IMG/VR virus record: IMGVR_UViG_3300041411_000080
Coordinates: 1 to 64,000 of that record
Reading direction: 5' to 3' (one strand)
DNA: 64,000 bases
Position 1 is the stretch's first letter. Each line of letters begins with the position of its first letter. The notes under the pieces were generated by a model. It was not told the origin of the DNA and made no database searches. It saw only the letters and a program-made list of their open reading frames with translations. Shown piece after piece: positions 8,965 through 17,048 of this stretch. Both the position numbers and the translations under genes were made by a program.

Positions 8965-9556
8965 TTAAAACCCCCGTTGTGATAGGCTTAGGAATCGGAG
9001 TGCCGAATGGAACGTAGTCCAGTAGTAGTTGATTTTTAGAGGACACAATCGGGAACTCCGTATCGCCCGGATTACGCCAGACGATCTGTATTGCCTTTGC
9101 TTGTTCAAGATGATTCTGGTCTACCAGCCAGTGACGCAGCATTTGCGCTTGACCGTATACCATGCGCTCAGCGTCCACAGGACGCACTTGGAAGAACTGA
9201 CCTATCTCGGTGTTAGCCAATTCACGGTTCATCGCCATAGCGACTTCCTGAGAGGTCTTAGCGCCATAGCCGTTCTGACTCAACCAACTGTGCATCGCCT
9301 TGATGTGCGGATACAGTAGGTTATAGTTGAAGTCGTTGATAGCAATACCGGAGACGTAAATCTCAGGTAGGTTGAAACGAGAGAACCCGACAGTGTAGAA
9401 CCCGTAAGGGATACCATCATTAGGTTGACCGAACAATGGACGCACTGTGAACTCGACCCGATCCAGTTGATCGTTGATCTGTTCCAGAATTTCTTTTATG
9501 TCGCGTTTAAACAGATGTGCCGAACGAACATAGTCGCTCTTAGTGTACGCTGTCAT
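8951..9556 (-). CDS. DUF4262-like protein
   Basis: FYTVGFSRFNLPEIYVSGI and C-terminal IQIVW....FP. Confidence 0.5.
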   Translation of the reverse strand: MTAYTKSDYVRSAHLFKRDIKEILEQINDQLDRVEFTVRPLFGQPNDGIPYGFYTVGFSRFNLPEIYVSGIAINDFNYNLLYPHIKAMHSWLSQNGYGAKTSQEVAMAMNRELANTEIGQFFQVRPVDAERMVYGQAQMLRHWLVDQNHLEQAKAIQIVWRNPGDTEFPIVSSKNQLLLDYVPFGTPIPKPITTGVLNAAA

Positions 9557-9743
9557 TCAATACCTCGATCTGATCACTGGTGGCATAGAAGTCATTCATT
9601 GGCTCACTAACTTTAGCAACCTGAAAGACTTTACCGTTACGAGTTTCGTCTAGGATGTAAAGTTCATCACCAGCTTCGGCCATAGTGCAATCTACATCGA
9701 GTACAGTAATGACGATCTTGCGTAAAGCCCTTGCCCTTTTCAT
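9540..9743 (-). CDS. hypothetical protein (67 aa)
   Basis: ATGA coupling. Confidence 0.7.
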   Translation of the reverse strand: MKRARALRKIVITVLDVDCTMAEAGDELYILDETRNGKVFQVAKVSEPMNDFYATSDQIEVLNDSVH

Positions 9744-10027
9744 AACTCTCCCCCGAATACGGAATCCATATCTGTTAGCTGAACGGTTTCGATCTGATCA
9801 TGGTTGTCGCAGTTCATGACTCGGAATCCACCACCTGGGTTTTCCGTATCTTCACTGAGTACCATCAGGTCATCACCTTCATTTGCAAACTTTACTTCAG
9901 TATAGCCTTTCTCACGATCTGTGCGATGAATGAAAATGTCGTTAGTCGCTTGTAATAACATACCACGCGCTACATCACTCTTCGAGATGCCATCGATCAG
10001 TTGTGTAAGGTTCTTGAAGAAGCACAT
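9740..10027 (-). CDS. hypothetical protein (95 aa)
   Basis: AGGGG SD, downstream of an early promoter. Confidence 0.75.
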   Translation of the reverse strand: MCFFKNLTQLIDGISKSDVARGMLLQATNDIFIHRTDREKGYTEVKFANEGDDLMVLSEDTENPGGGFRVMNCDNHDQIETVQLTDMDSVFGGEL

Positions 10028-10122
10028 GTTATTTCCCCTGCTCAGTAATTGTTGGCTTCTTTCTCCAAGATTGGTCTAGGATACTATTTGTTGCCAGTTG
10101 AGATAGTGTTGATTGCACAGAC

Positions 10123-10140
10123 ATGATGTAAATCTGAATT
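10123..10140 (-). promoter_or_regulatory. phiKZ-type early promoter
   Basis: AATTCAGATTTACATCAT. Confidence 0.6.
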
Positions 10141-10157
10141 CCGTTGTACTGACATAA

Positions 10158-10177
10158 AGCCTCCCCGAAGGGAGGCT
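10158..10177 (-). terminator. intrinsic terminator, cUUCGg loop
   Basis: AGCCTCCC-TTCG-GGGAGGCT then TTTAT. Confidence 0.8.
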
Positions 10178-10182
10178 ATTTA

Positions 10183-10626
10183 TTATTCGATGAATTGAAA
10201 CAAAGCCCCGATGATTGGTGAACCTTCATCCGCCCGAATGTAGGTACGACCAGACTGCCAACTGAAATGGATGTTGATGCCCCAACGTTTTCCATTGATC
10301 TTGGTAACGTAGCCCGTATAAGTATTACCGACACCCTTCTCGATTGGATGAGGGTTACGCGGTTTTAACTTAACGATCTGTACATTACCCTCTTCGTCCA
10401 GATAGCTGATCTCACGAATGTAGATATACGACCAGTCTTCATTCGTACCGTAGGCTTGTCGGAAATCGAAAGTACGTCCATCTGCCAAGATGTGCACGGT
10501 CTTCTCGAATTCTTGGTTAGCCAACATCACTTGCACTTCGTTCCGTTGGAACCAAGGGTGAAGAATGTTGAGGTTGTAACATGGTCCCGGTTTAGGGAGG
10601 CTGTTAGGTCGGGATGTGTTGTACAT
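10183..10626 (-). CDS. hypothetical protein (147 aa, start MYNTS)
   Basis: AAGGA SD before ATG 10626. Confidence 0.7.
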   Translation of the reverse strand: MYNTSRPNSLPKPGPCYNLNILHPWFQRNEVQVMLANQEFEKTVHILADGRTFDFRQAYGTNEDWSYIYIREISYLDEEGNVQIVKLKPRNPHPIEKGVGNTYTGYVTKINGKRWGINIHFSWQSGRTYIRADEGSPIIGALFQFIE

Positions 10627-11035
10627 AAACGTCCTTTTCATTAACTGGGCCTTCAAAGGTCTCAGTCAAGAAGTTGTAGTTACGACCGGGTACACTTGCG
10701 CTACAGCTTTTAAACTGTACGAAGTTATTGTATCGATCGAAGTTGAATACGAAGACTGGTTGACCCAATACCCTAGCAAGCGACGCTTTCTTTGCGTTAT
10801 GGGTGAAACTTGCATTACCCTGACCTTTGCAGATCAAGTACTGTGTAAGTTTACCTTTAGGTAACCGAATGTGAACTGGGTCAGTAAAGGACATATATCG
10901 AGTTGGATCAAACTCACTGAGTGTAATCCATTGACCGTCACGTCGATTCTGCCAGTTAGCTAGGAGACTCCCAACCTTCCAACCCCCTATTACTATTAGT
11001 GCCGCTTTAAGTATGACGAGTATAGTCATGGTCAC
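10604..11035 (-). CDS. membrane-anchored hypothetical protein (143 aa)
   Basis: N-terminal hydrophobic helix TILVILKAALIVIGGW. Confidence 0.7.
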   Translation of the reverse strand: MTMTILVILKAALIVIGGWKVGSLLANWQNRRDGQWITLSEFDPTRYMSFTDPVHIRLPKGKLTQYLICKGQGNASFTHNAKKASLARVLGQPVFVFNFDRYNNFVQFKSCSASVPGRNYNFLTETFEGPVNEKDVYVQHIPT

Positions 11036-11307
11036 CCCGAGAATGGTTTCCCGATTACCAGATCCCGATGCAGGAAATGTTGTTTCGGTACTACCACTTC
11101 TTTCAATTCGGTTCCGGTGCGGTTATCGGCGATCTTCAAGATCTCACCCTGAGGTGTAATCTCAATTCTAACTGGAGGGATACCCACCAGACCCATGGAT
11201 ACGAAATCGAGATCATCGACCGTAGACATAGCGACTTGGTGATCGTGTCCCATCCAATCAGCAACCCAATGACCGCACTCGGTACGCTTTAGCTTAAGTT
11301 CGCTCAT
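11032..11307 (-). CDS. hypothetical protein (91 aa)
   Basis: GAGGG SD; ORF tiles. Confidence 0.75.
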   Translation of the reverse strand: MSELKLKRTECGHWVADWMGHDHQVAMSTVDDLDFVSMGLVGIPPVRIEITPQGEILKIADNRTGTELKEVVVPKQHFLHRDLVIGKPFSG

Positions 11308-11335
11308 AGTCCCTCTTAGGGGACCAGAGTCCCCG

Positions 11336-11827
11336 TTAGTTCAAAGTCTCGCGTGTGTGGTACTCTGCCAGATCGTTATTACCACCAGCGATCTCCATCA
11401 TATTCATTACGTTGATGAGTAGAGTACGTTGCACACCATTGATCTCAACACACAGCTCTACGCTGGCCGGGAAACATTGGATGCGCTGGACTTTGCCGAA
11501 GGCATAGATGAAGGTCAGCATTGGATCAACCATTGCCAGTTCGTCATCGTTCATGTTTTGCAGGTAAGGTACCAGCGTTTTCTTGACGATCCAGTTCAGG
11601 ACCGTTCCAGAATGTTGCACTTGATCGACACCCCACTGCAACAGATGCGGGATGCATTCCAGATTCGATTCGATACTGTACGCAGCATCATGCCAGGTCA
11701 TCGGAACCTTAACATAGTTATCCGATGGGAATGAGGTCACCAGTGGACCATGCTGCAAGAAGGAGACCCAGCGCAGGTAATCGTTAGTGGTGCCGTAAAG
11801 GTCGCCGTTGCTATGAACTTGTTCCAT
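11336..11827 (-). CDS. hypothetical protein (163 aa)
   Basis: GGAG SD; ORF tiles. Confidence 0.8.
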   Translation of the reverse strand: MEQVHSNGDLYGTTNDYLRWVSFLQHGPLVTSFPSDNYVKVPMTWHDAAYSIESNLECIPHLLQWGVDQVQHSGTVLNWIVKKTLVPYLQNMNDDELAMVDPMLTFIYAFGKVQRIQCFPASVELCVEINGVQRTLLINVMNMMEIAGGNNDLAEYHTRETLN

Positions 11828-11844
11828 TATCTTACTCCAGTATG

Positions 11845-12552
11845 TTATTTTTTAACGATTGTGGCGTCAGTAAAGTCGCCGTTGAATTGGACCACGTAAT
11901 TGTGGCCAACGAAGGAAATCTGCGATATATTTTCCCAGTGGTCCTCTAGGATAATTCCATTCATGAGGTGGGTCTTCAAAGCACGTTGAATGATGATCTC
12001 CGGGTTATGGAACAACTTACGGATAGTCTCACTCATCATTGTTTCAACACCGATACAAGATAACCCCAAGGCCATCATTGTTGCTTGTTCTTGTGGGAAC
12101 AACATTGCACGAAGGTAAGTAGCCCCACGCACAGCGCGGAGTGCGGGGTGCTCATCATTGTCTTTAAGGCTACCGACCACGTAAAGTTCCGGGAATAAGC
12201 GATAGCTTTTCTCACGTACCGTCACTCGGTAGGTATACTCTGAATTTTCCTCAGAGTACATTATATCGTAGGCTTGATCTCGGGTCCAGATTTCGCCATC
12301 TGAATTCAACTCAACCGAACTGCCGATTTTCCACGAATCACGGAATGCACACATGAACTTGGCAACCGTTTCGTGATTCACCATGTAGTGGCCGTAACGC
12401 TGGGCATCCCATGGTTGGTCGGTATCGTTGTGATGTGGATGGACCACGAAGAACTGTGTACCTCGTACCCACTCGATGTAGATACTGATGTTGGTTTCTT
12501 CAGGGTAGCCATATATGTTACGGTTGAAGCGTAAAGTGTCCAGCAGTTGCAT
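11845..12552 (-). CDS. hypothetical protein (235 aa)
   Basis: AGGAGG SD. Confidence 0.8.
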   Translation of the reverse strand: MQLLDTLRFNRNIYGYPEETNISIYIEWVRGTQFFVVHPHHNDTDQPWDAQRYGHYMVNHETVAKFMCAFRDSWKIGSSVELNSDGEIWTRDQAYDIMYSEENSEYTYRVTVREKSYRLFPELYVVGSLKDNDEHPALRAVRGATYLRAMLFPQEQATMMALGLSCIGVETMMSETIRKLFHNPEIIIQRALKTHLMNGIILEDHWENISQISFVGHNYVVQFNGDFTDATIVKK

Positions 12553-12595
12553 TAATGCCTCCTAGCGATTTAACGAAAAAAAGAATTTAGCTAAC

Positions 12596-12613
12596 GGGAG
12601 TCCGAAGACTCCC
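12596..12613 (-). terminator. intrinsic terminator, cUUCGg loop
   Basis: GGGAGTC-TTCG-GACTCCC with a downstream T-run. Confidence 0.7.
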
Positions 12614-12631
12614 ATTGGCTTATTGATCCGA

Positions 12632-12865
12632 TTAGCGAAAGAGTTCAGCTGCCAATGCCTGTTTAAAGGCAAGACGCTGCTGCTCATCGCCACCCCACAA
12701 CTCCACACTGGTAAACCCGTCTGCATTCGGGGAACCGAACGCATTACAGGTTTTACCGAGTGGGGAGGAGATGGAGTTTTGAATGATCCGCTCGCGTTGA
12801 GCGTTCATACGAACAACATCAGGGGTCAGGATCGTTACGTTTACTACGGTCTGCAAATTCAACAC
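12632..12865 (-). CDS. hypothetical protein (77 aa)
   Basis: AAGGAG SD. Confidence 0.75.
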   Translation of the reverse strand: MLNLQTVVNVTILTPDVVRMNAQRERIIQNSISSPLGKTCNAFGSPNADGFTSVELWGGDEQQRLAFKQALAAELFR

Positions 12866-12876
12866 AGCGATGCTCC

Positions 12877-13224
12877 TTATTTAGCTTCAGCGATGAGACG
12901 ATCTACCCAAGTGAGCATTTGTTGCTCAGCTTTGTGCAGGTGGAAGTTATTTGGATCGAGTTCTTCACGCACTTCATATGCAAGTACGTTCTTAGCAGCG
13001 GTCAGGGCTTCCTTCCAGCATTCTTTGGAAGCACCATTGCGCTGCATGTGATTAGTCATAGCGCGGATGCGAGCCGAAGCTTCATCAATCCAGCGCTCAG
13101 CGCGGCGGCGATCGTTTTCACGTTTGGCCACAAGCTGTGCTTGGTAAACCGAGTTAACGAGTAATGCAACGCCAACGACAGCCATGGCGCCATTTGCATA
13201 ATCTTCAAAAGTCCATCTAGCCAT
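12877..13224 (-). CDS. membrane-anchored hypothetical protein (115 aa)
   Basis: AMAVVGVALLVNSVY hydrophobic segment, then helical region. Confidence 0.75.
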   Translation of the reverse strand: MARWTFEDYANGAMAVVGVALLVNSVYQAQLVAKRENDRRRAERWIDEASARIRAMTNHMQRNGASKECWKEALTAAKNVLAYEVREELDPNNFHLHKAEQQMLTWVDRLIAEAK

Positions 13225-13253
13225 GATTTAGAATCCTTCAGCGTTTGAGTTAA

Positions 13254-13496
13254 TTAGTGCAGGGAGATCTTGCAGATTTGTTCGTCCAGCTTTTGAATAG
13301 CCGGAATGACTTCAGCACGGATGCGCGGGCAACCTTCGAAGTTGTACAGGTCCAGGTACAGCTGGTCGAAGAAGCCACGCATTTCTTCATCCGCTTCGTA
13401 GGAAGGGGTTTGAGCTGCGATCAGTTCTTCGATCTTGGTAGCTACAGCCAGGTTGGCTTGAGCGATCCAGGTGTTAACAGTAGGCAGAGTTTGCAT
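13254..13496 (-). CDS. hypothetical acidic protein (80 aa, start MQTLPT)
   Basis: AGGA SD before ATG 13496. Confidence 0.7.
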   Translation of the reverse strand: MQTLPTVNTWIAQANLAVATKIEELIAAQTPSYEADEEMRGFFDQLYLDLYNFEGCPRIRAEVIPAIQKLDEQICKISLH

Positions 13497-13530
13497 GATT
13501 AATTTCCTATAGATAAATTTGAGTTTTAGA

Positions 13531-13668
13531 TTAAGCTGGTTTATTTTCAGTGTCTTCAACGAAGTACACGTAAACAACACTAACCGTTACGACAACAGCA
13601 GTAACGGCCAACACGGCGGCTGCACCAGCAACCACCCCTTTGAAAAAATCGCGGGCTACTTCTTCCAT
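13531..13668 (-). CDS. 45-aa single-TM microprotein
   Basis: MEEVARDFFKGVVAGAAAVLAVTAVVVTVSVVYVYFVEDTENKPA; AGGAG SD. Confidence 0.75.
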   Translation of the reverse strand: MEEVARDFFKGVVAGAAAVLAVTAVVVTVSVVYVYFVEDTENKPA

Positions 13669-13692
13669 TTATTTAACTCCTGTAATTAAAAG

Positions 13693-13720
13693 AAGGTGAT
13701 ACTGGTTAGAGTATCACCTT
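13693..13720. promoter_or_regulatory. perfect 11-bp hairpin immediately downstream of an early promoter
   Basis: AAGGTGATACT-ggttag-AGTATCACCTT. Confidence 0.6.
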
Positions 13721-13721
13721 T

Positions 13722-13740
13722 GTAATATAGCGTTTAAATG
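13722..13740 (-). promoter_or_regulatory. phiKZ-type early promoter
   Basis: CATTTAAACGCTATATTAC (exact TATATTAC). Confidence 0.75.
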
Positions 13741-13747
13741 GGTTCTA

Positions 13748-14056
13748 TTATTTACGGCTTGCCAACAGGTGGCAACGACGCAAAGAGAAGATCAGTTGAC
13801 TTACCAAAGTACGAATGCACTTGATCGCTTCAAAGCGTTCAGTTTCTTCGATGCCCGGCATTTCGTTGAACTTGGTGATCTCTTCTTCAACCATGCTGTT
13901 CAGCTTGGCGATACGATCCAACCAAGGCACGTCGTCTGCATTCATCTGATCAAGCAGGTCACTGATACGTGCAGTGATCTCCATCTCAATGTGAGTTGCA
14001 GTTGGTTCAACCTTGGTCCAGCCGAAGGTGTTCATCATATCGCGGATAAAGCCCAT
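13748..14056 (-). CDS. hypothetical helical protein (102 aa)
   Basis: AAGGA SD; own promoter. Confidence 0.8.
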   Translation of the reverse strand: MGFIRDMMNTFGWTKVEPTATHIEMEITARISDLLDQMNADDVPWLDRIAKLNSMVEEEITKFNEMPGIEETERFEAIKCIRTLVSQLIFSLRRCHLLASRK

Positions 14057-14089
14057 CGTAAATTCCTTTAAGTTAGTTAATCCACAAAA

Positions 14090-14108
14090 GTAATATAGCC
14101 TTTAAAGG
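14090..14108 (-). promoter_or_regulatory. phiKZ-type early promoter
   Basis: CCTTTAAAGGCTATATTAC. Confidence 0.75.
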
Positions 14109-14118
14109 GTTTCTAATA

Positions 14119-14262
14119 TTACTCTTGCGGAGGTTCTTCTGGTTCAGGTTCCGGGTTATCTTTAAACAACCAGACTGTCAGTCCTAACAAAGCTACTGTA
14201 GTCACGACGAATCCTATCACCACATCGCGCAGCTGTATACTACTTTCTCCATGATCTTCCAT
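14119..14262 (-). CDS. 47-aa single-TM microprotein
   Basis: MEDHGESSIQLRDVVIGFVVTTVALLGLTVWLFKDNPEPEPEEPPQE; GAGGT SD. Confidence 0.75.
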   Translation of the reverse strand: MEDHGESSIQLRDVVIGFVVTTVALLGLTVWLFKDNPEPEPEEPPQE

Positions 14263-14295
14263 CTTACACCTCGAATAGTTTGCGGTTTGTAAAGC

Positions 14296-14673
14296 TTAGT
14301 AAAAGTACAGCACGTCTCGCCAGCGGGTCATCAGATGAATCCAGATACCACGTTCAGATGTAGACATGTGGTTGAAGTCATTAGGTCCATGACCCATTTG
14401 CTTCTCCAGTTCAAACTGAAGCCATGCAAAGGTACGACGATATTCCTTCTCCCGACCACCATTGCGGTTAGGAACCCTACGACAACGTTTCAACTCACTG
14501 TTGATCTGTTTGATCCAGTAGTCGTAGAACTGATGGTCTATCCGTTTCGATGGACGGGTGCAATGCCAGAATGCCCAGCCAGCAATCAGTACCATAGAAC
14601 CCATTATCGCCCAGAAGCTCCAAGGCATCAGTAGTGCAGCTTTGTAAAGTTCCTGCATGACAACTCCAGTCAA
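14296..14673 (-). CDS. membrane-anchored hypothetical protein (125 aa)
   Basis: TM segment FWAIMGSMVLIAGWAFW. Confidence 0.75.
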   Translation of the reverse strand: MTGVVMQELYKAALLMPWSFWAIMGSMVLIAGWAFWHCTRPSKRIDHQFYDYWIKQINSELKRCRRVPNRNGGREKEYRRTFAWLQFELEKQMGHGPNDFNHMSTSERGIWIHLMTRWRDVLYFY

Positions 14674-14690
14674 GATTTAATTACACGGCT

Positions 14691-14708
14691 ATGATATAGC
14701 TGTAAAAC
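14691..14708 (-). promoter_or_regulatory. phiKZ-type early promoter
   Basis: GTTTTACAGCTATATCAT. Confidence 0.6.
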
Positions 14709-14734
14709 CATTTCTAATAAACGAGGAAATCGCT

Positions 14735-14959
14735 ATGCCCACTAAGAGTCCAGCTCAAGCCAGATTGATGCGTGCTGCTGCACATGATCCAGAGTTCGCC
14801 AAGAAAGTTAAGGTTCCACAAGAAGTAGCTAAAGAATTCGTTGATGCCGATAAGAAAGAAAAAGAGAAGGCTGAGAAAGACAAGAAAAAGAAAGCGGATA
14901 AGAAAGACGATCATCACACCAAGTCTAGTATTACCACTCGATACAAAAAAGAAGCATAA
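14735..14959 (+). CDS. small Lys-rich conserved phage protein (MPxKSxAQARLMxAAAHxPxFAKKV family)
   Basis: GAGG SD; recognisable N-terminal motif; converges on a hairpin; only convincing plus-strand gene. Confidence 0.75.
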   Translation: MPTKSPAQARLMRAAAHDPEFAKKVKVPQEVAKEFVDADKKEKEKAEKDKKKKADKKDDHHTKSSITTRYKKEA

Positions 14960-14962
14960 CAA

Positions 14963-14984
14963 AGCCCCTCCAATCGGAGGGGCT
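14963..14984. terminator. hairpin terminator between convergent genes
   Basis: AGCCCCTCC-aatc-GGAGGGGCT. Confidence 0.7.
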
Positions 14985-14992
14985 ATATGTCG

Positions 14993-15619
14993 TTAGATCT
15001 TGGTATTGTGATACACTACATCATCGACGCCCAGCGTGTAAGATGGTCCACCTCCAATCAGAATACCTTTGGCCTTAACACGTTCTTTATAAGCCGCGTA
15101 TTCAGTTGGGTCAGTAGTGATATCCCAATGATCAGGTTGCTTGATATCGTTATCACATTCAATGACTTCGATTCCTGGATCGATATCACGGAGCATCAAC
15201 TTAAACTCATTAAGGACATAGGTCTTACCTGAGTTGCATTCCCCTATAAACATCGCATGGAAGATTGGTGCCTTCCCACGGTTAACGTACGCATATGCAT
15301 CCATAGAGGGCTTGGTCCGCCAAGGGGCCTGGAACACACGTACAGCTTCTCGCTGTGTAGTCATCGCGTAATGACGACCTAGGAAATGTTCAGACAAGAA
15401 CACCGGATTGATTATCAACGATGTAATCTCTTCGCGAGTCAACTCTACCACAGGCATGTAACACTGTGTATCGAATACCGCGTTACCGAAGCCTTGCTCA
15501 TTCAAACGTTGACGAAGCATTTGATACAGCTTCAACATAATAGGCTCGGCACGCAGATTGAGTTCTATGTTCTGGAGTTTACGGGAGAAAACGAATACAT
15601 CATACTTAGGGCAGTTCAT
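14993..15619 (-). CDS. hypothetical protein with a C-terminal P-loop (208 aa, start MNCPK)
   Basis: FIGECNSGKT Walker A; AAGGA SD before ATG 15619. Confidence 0.65.
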   Translation of the reverse strand: MNCPKYDVFVFSRKLQNIELNLRAEPIMLKLYQMLRQRLNEQGFGNAVFDTQCYMPVVELTREEITSLIINPVFLSEHFLGRHYAMTTQREAVRVFQAPWRTKPSMDAYAYVNRGKAPIFHAMFIGECNSGKTYVLNEFKLMLRDIDPGIEVIECDNDIKQPDHWDITTDPTEYAAYKERVKAKGILIGGGPSYTLGVDDVVYHNTKI

Positions 15620-15645
15620 TGGATTTTCCTTGAGACGAAATAAAA

Positions 15646-15663
15646 CCCTACCCGAAGGTAGGG
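15646..15663 (-). terminator. intrinsic terminator, cUUCGg loop
   Basis: CCCTACC-TTCG-GGTAGGG then TTTTATTT. Confidence 0.8.
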
Positions 15664-15671
15664 CGTGATAC

Positions 15672-16031
15672 TTAAGCGCCACCTTCAGGTTCAGGCGGTA
15701 CAACAGCAGCAGGTTTGAACGATACGAACAGAACCTTATCAGCAGGACCAGTAGAAATACCGATACCTTCAGCAGCAGGACCATATTGGTTCTCTACCTT
15801 AACGTCACTCCAACCACCAGCGGTGATCGATGCCTTGAGAGCAGTGATACCAGGAGCGGTCAGTTCCTTACCTTTGTAGGTACGGATGACAGTATGATCA
15901 GTTACGCTGGTATTCTCGAGGAATGCCAGAGTAGCCGCAGTTTGCAGGTGAGCGGTAATGTCAGCTTCAAAAGGTGCGATCTCAGCAGCGCTTACGGCTA
16001 CTTTCAGATCGGCAAGACTTGGGATTGCCAT
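15672..16031 (-). CDS. hypothetical protein (119 aa), possible paralogue of 55531..55905
   Basis: MAIP start and ..GGWSDVKV motif. Confidence 0.75.
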   Translation of the reverse strand: MAIPSLADLKVAVSAAEIAPFEADITAHLQTAATLAFLENTSVTDHTVIRTYKGKELTAPGITALKASITAGGWSDVKVENQYGPAAEGIGISTGPADKVLFVSFKPAAVVPPEPEGGA

Positions 16032-16081
16032 GGCATGAATTTCCTTTTAACATGGTCCGCGGTATTGCAGGACCTATACTA

Positions 16082-16555
16082 TCAGGAAACAGGGACAAAA
16101 TTAAACCGCACCTTAAACATCTCGACCTGATACTTACCATTCGGTTGAATATCACGGAATCGAATCTGACCATCAGATACGGTTATGGCCACAATACCCA
16201 AGTCTGATTCAATATAAGCTGACTTCGCCGCTAGGTCAGTGTCAAATTCGTAAAGCTTACCATCTTGATCGACCCGTAGATAAATGGTCTGCGAGAAGTC
16301 TCCACGAATGATTCCATCGAAGCTAAATACCTGTGGCACACGTTTATTGATGATGCCTGAGGTGTGACCACGCTCGAAACTAACTGACTGTATATAGATA
16401 GCCTTAATCACATCTCGAACATAAGTCCGCGACGCTTTCTTATCTTTGAGCAGTTCGTCTTGGTAAAATTTATCACGGTACCACTTCGGTGGAACTAAGA
16501 TAGACCAGAGGATATAAAGGATTAACGCTCCGCTGGCATAAGCTACCACATTCAT
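16082..16555 (-). CDS. membrane-anchored hypothetical protein (157 aa)
   Basis: N-terminal TM segment; ATGA coupling. Confidence 0.75.
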   Translation of the reverse strand: MNVVAYASGALILYILWSILVPPKWYRDKFYQDELLKDKKASRTYVRDVIKAIYIQSVSFERGHTSGIINKRVPQVFSFDGIIRGDFSQTIYLRVDQDGKLYEFDTDLAAKSAYIESDLGIVAITVSDGQIRFRDIQPNGKYQVEMFKVRFNFVPVS

Positions 16556-16773
16556 ACGCCGTACCCCTTAGATACAAAGAAACCGGTACTCGAGATGATA
16601 GTGATAATACCTGACCATTGCCAGAATTTAACCATCTTCGACCAGTCCGGTAGATTTGCCCCGAATGCAAATGCAATGATACCTAGTAGTTGAAACATTG
16701 ACGTAAACGAAAATGCTACTAGGCTTAAGGCCATCAATGCAAAGAATGTTACTGTTAACATTGAATTCCTCAT
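16552..16773 (-). CDS. small multi-TM membrane protein (73 aa)
   Basis: almost wholly hydrophobic. Confidence 0.75.
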   Translation of the reverse strand: MRNSMLTVTFFALMALSLVAFSFTSMFQLLGIIAFAFGANLPDWSKMVKFWQWSGIITIISSTGFFVSKGYGV

Positions 16774-16775
16774 AA

Positions 16776-16797
16776 TGCCCTCCGGTTAAGGAGGGCA
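16776..16797 (-). terminator. hairpin, probable terminator
   Basis: TGCCCTCC-ggttaa-GGAGGGCA on the plus strand; short U tract on the minus strand. Confidence 0.55.
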
Positions 16798-16804
16798 CCT
16801 TATG

Positions 16805-16984
16805 TTACTTGTAACCCAACTGCACCAGTTCACGATGGAGACGTTTAGCCACCCATGCGCGTTCTACTTGATGAGCGAGAACTTTGTTGCGCTTATTACT
16901 CGACAGGTACGCACTGTAGGGACGATCGCGATCCCAGAGATCTTTGCCACGCGAGTAATAACAGGTACGATAAGATTTTGCCAT
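16805..16984 (-). CDS. 59-aa basic Arg/Lys-rich peptide (start MAKSYR)
   Basis: GGAGG SD before ATG 16984. Confidence 0.7.
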   Translation of the reverse strand: MAKSYRTCYYSRGKDLWDRDRPYSAYLSSNKRNKVLAHQVERAWVAKRLHRELVQLGYK

Positions 16985-17048
16985 GGTACATAACCTCCAC
17001 AGGTTTACGTTAATAAACCGTGGCCACAGCTGAAAGTAAACAGGCATC

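Noticed and set aside
10029-10124. 31-aa ORF MSVQSTLSQ... starting inside the early promoter
   Set aside because: ATG is part of the promoter motif and probably upstream of the TSS; no SD
14993-15784. ORF-track N-terminal extensions (also 5983, 13580, 24610, 37705, 45410)
   Set aside because: They run through terminators or upstream genes; downstream ATGs have clear SDs
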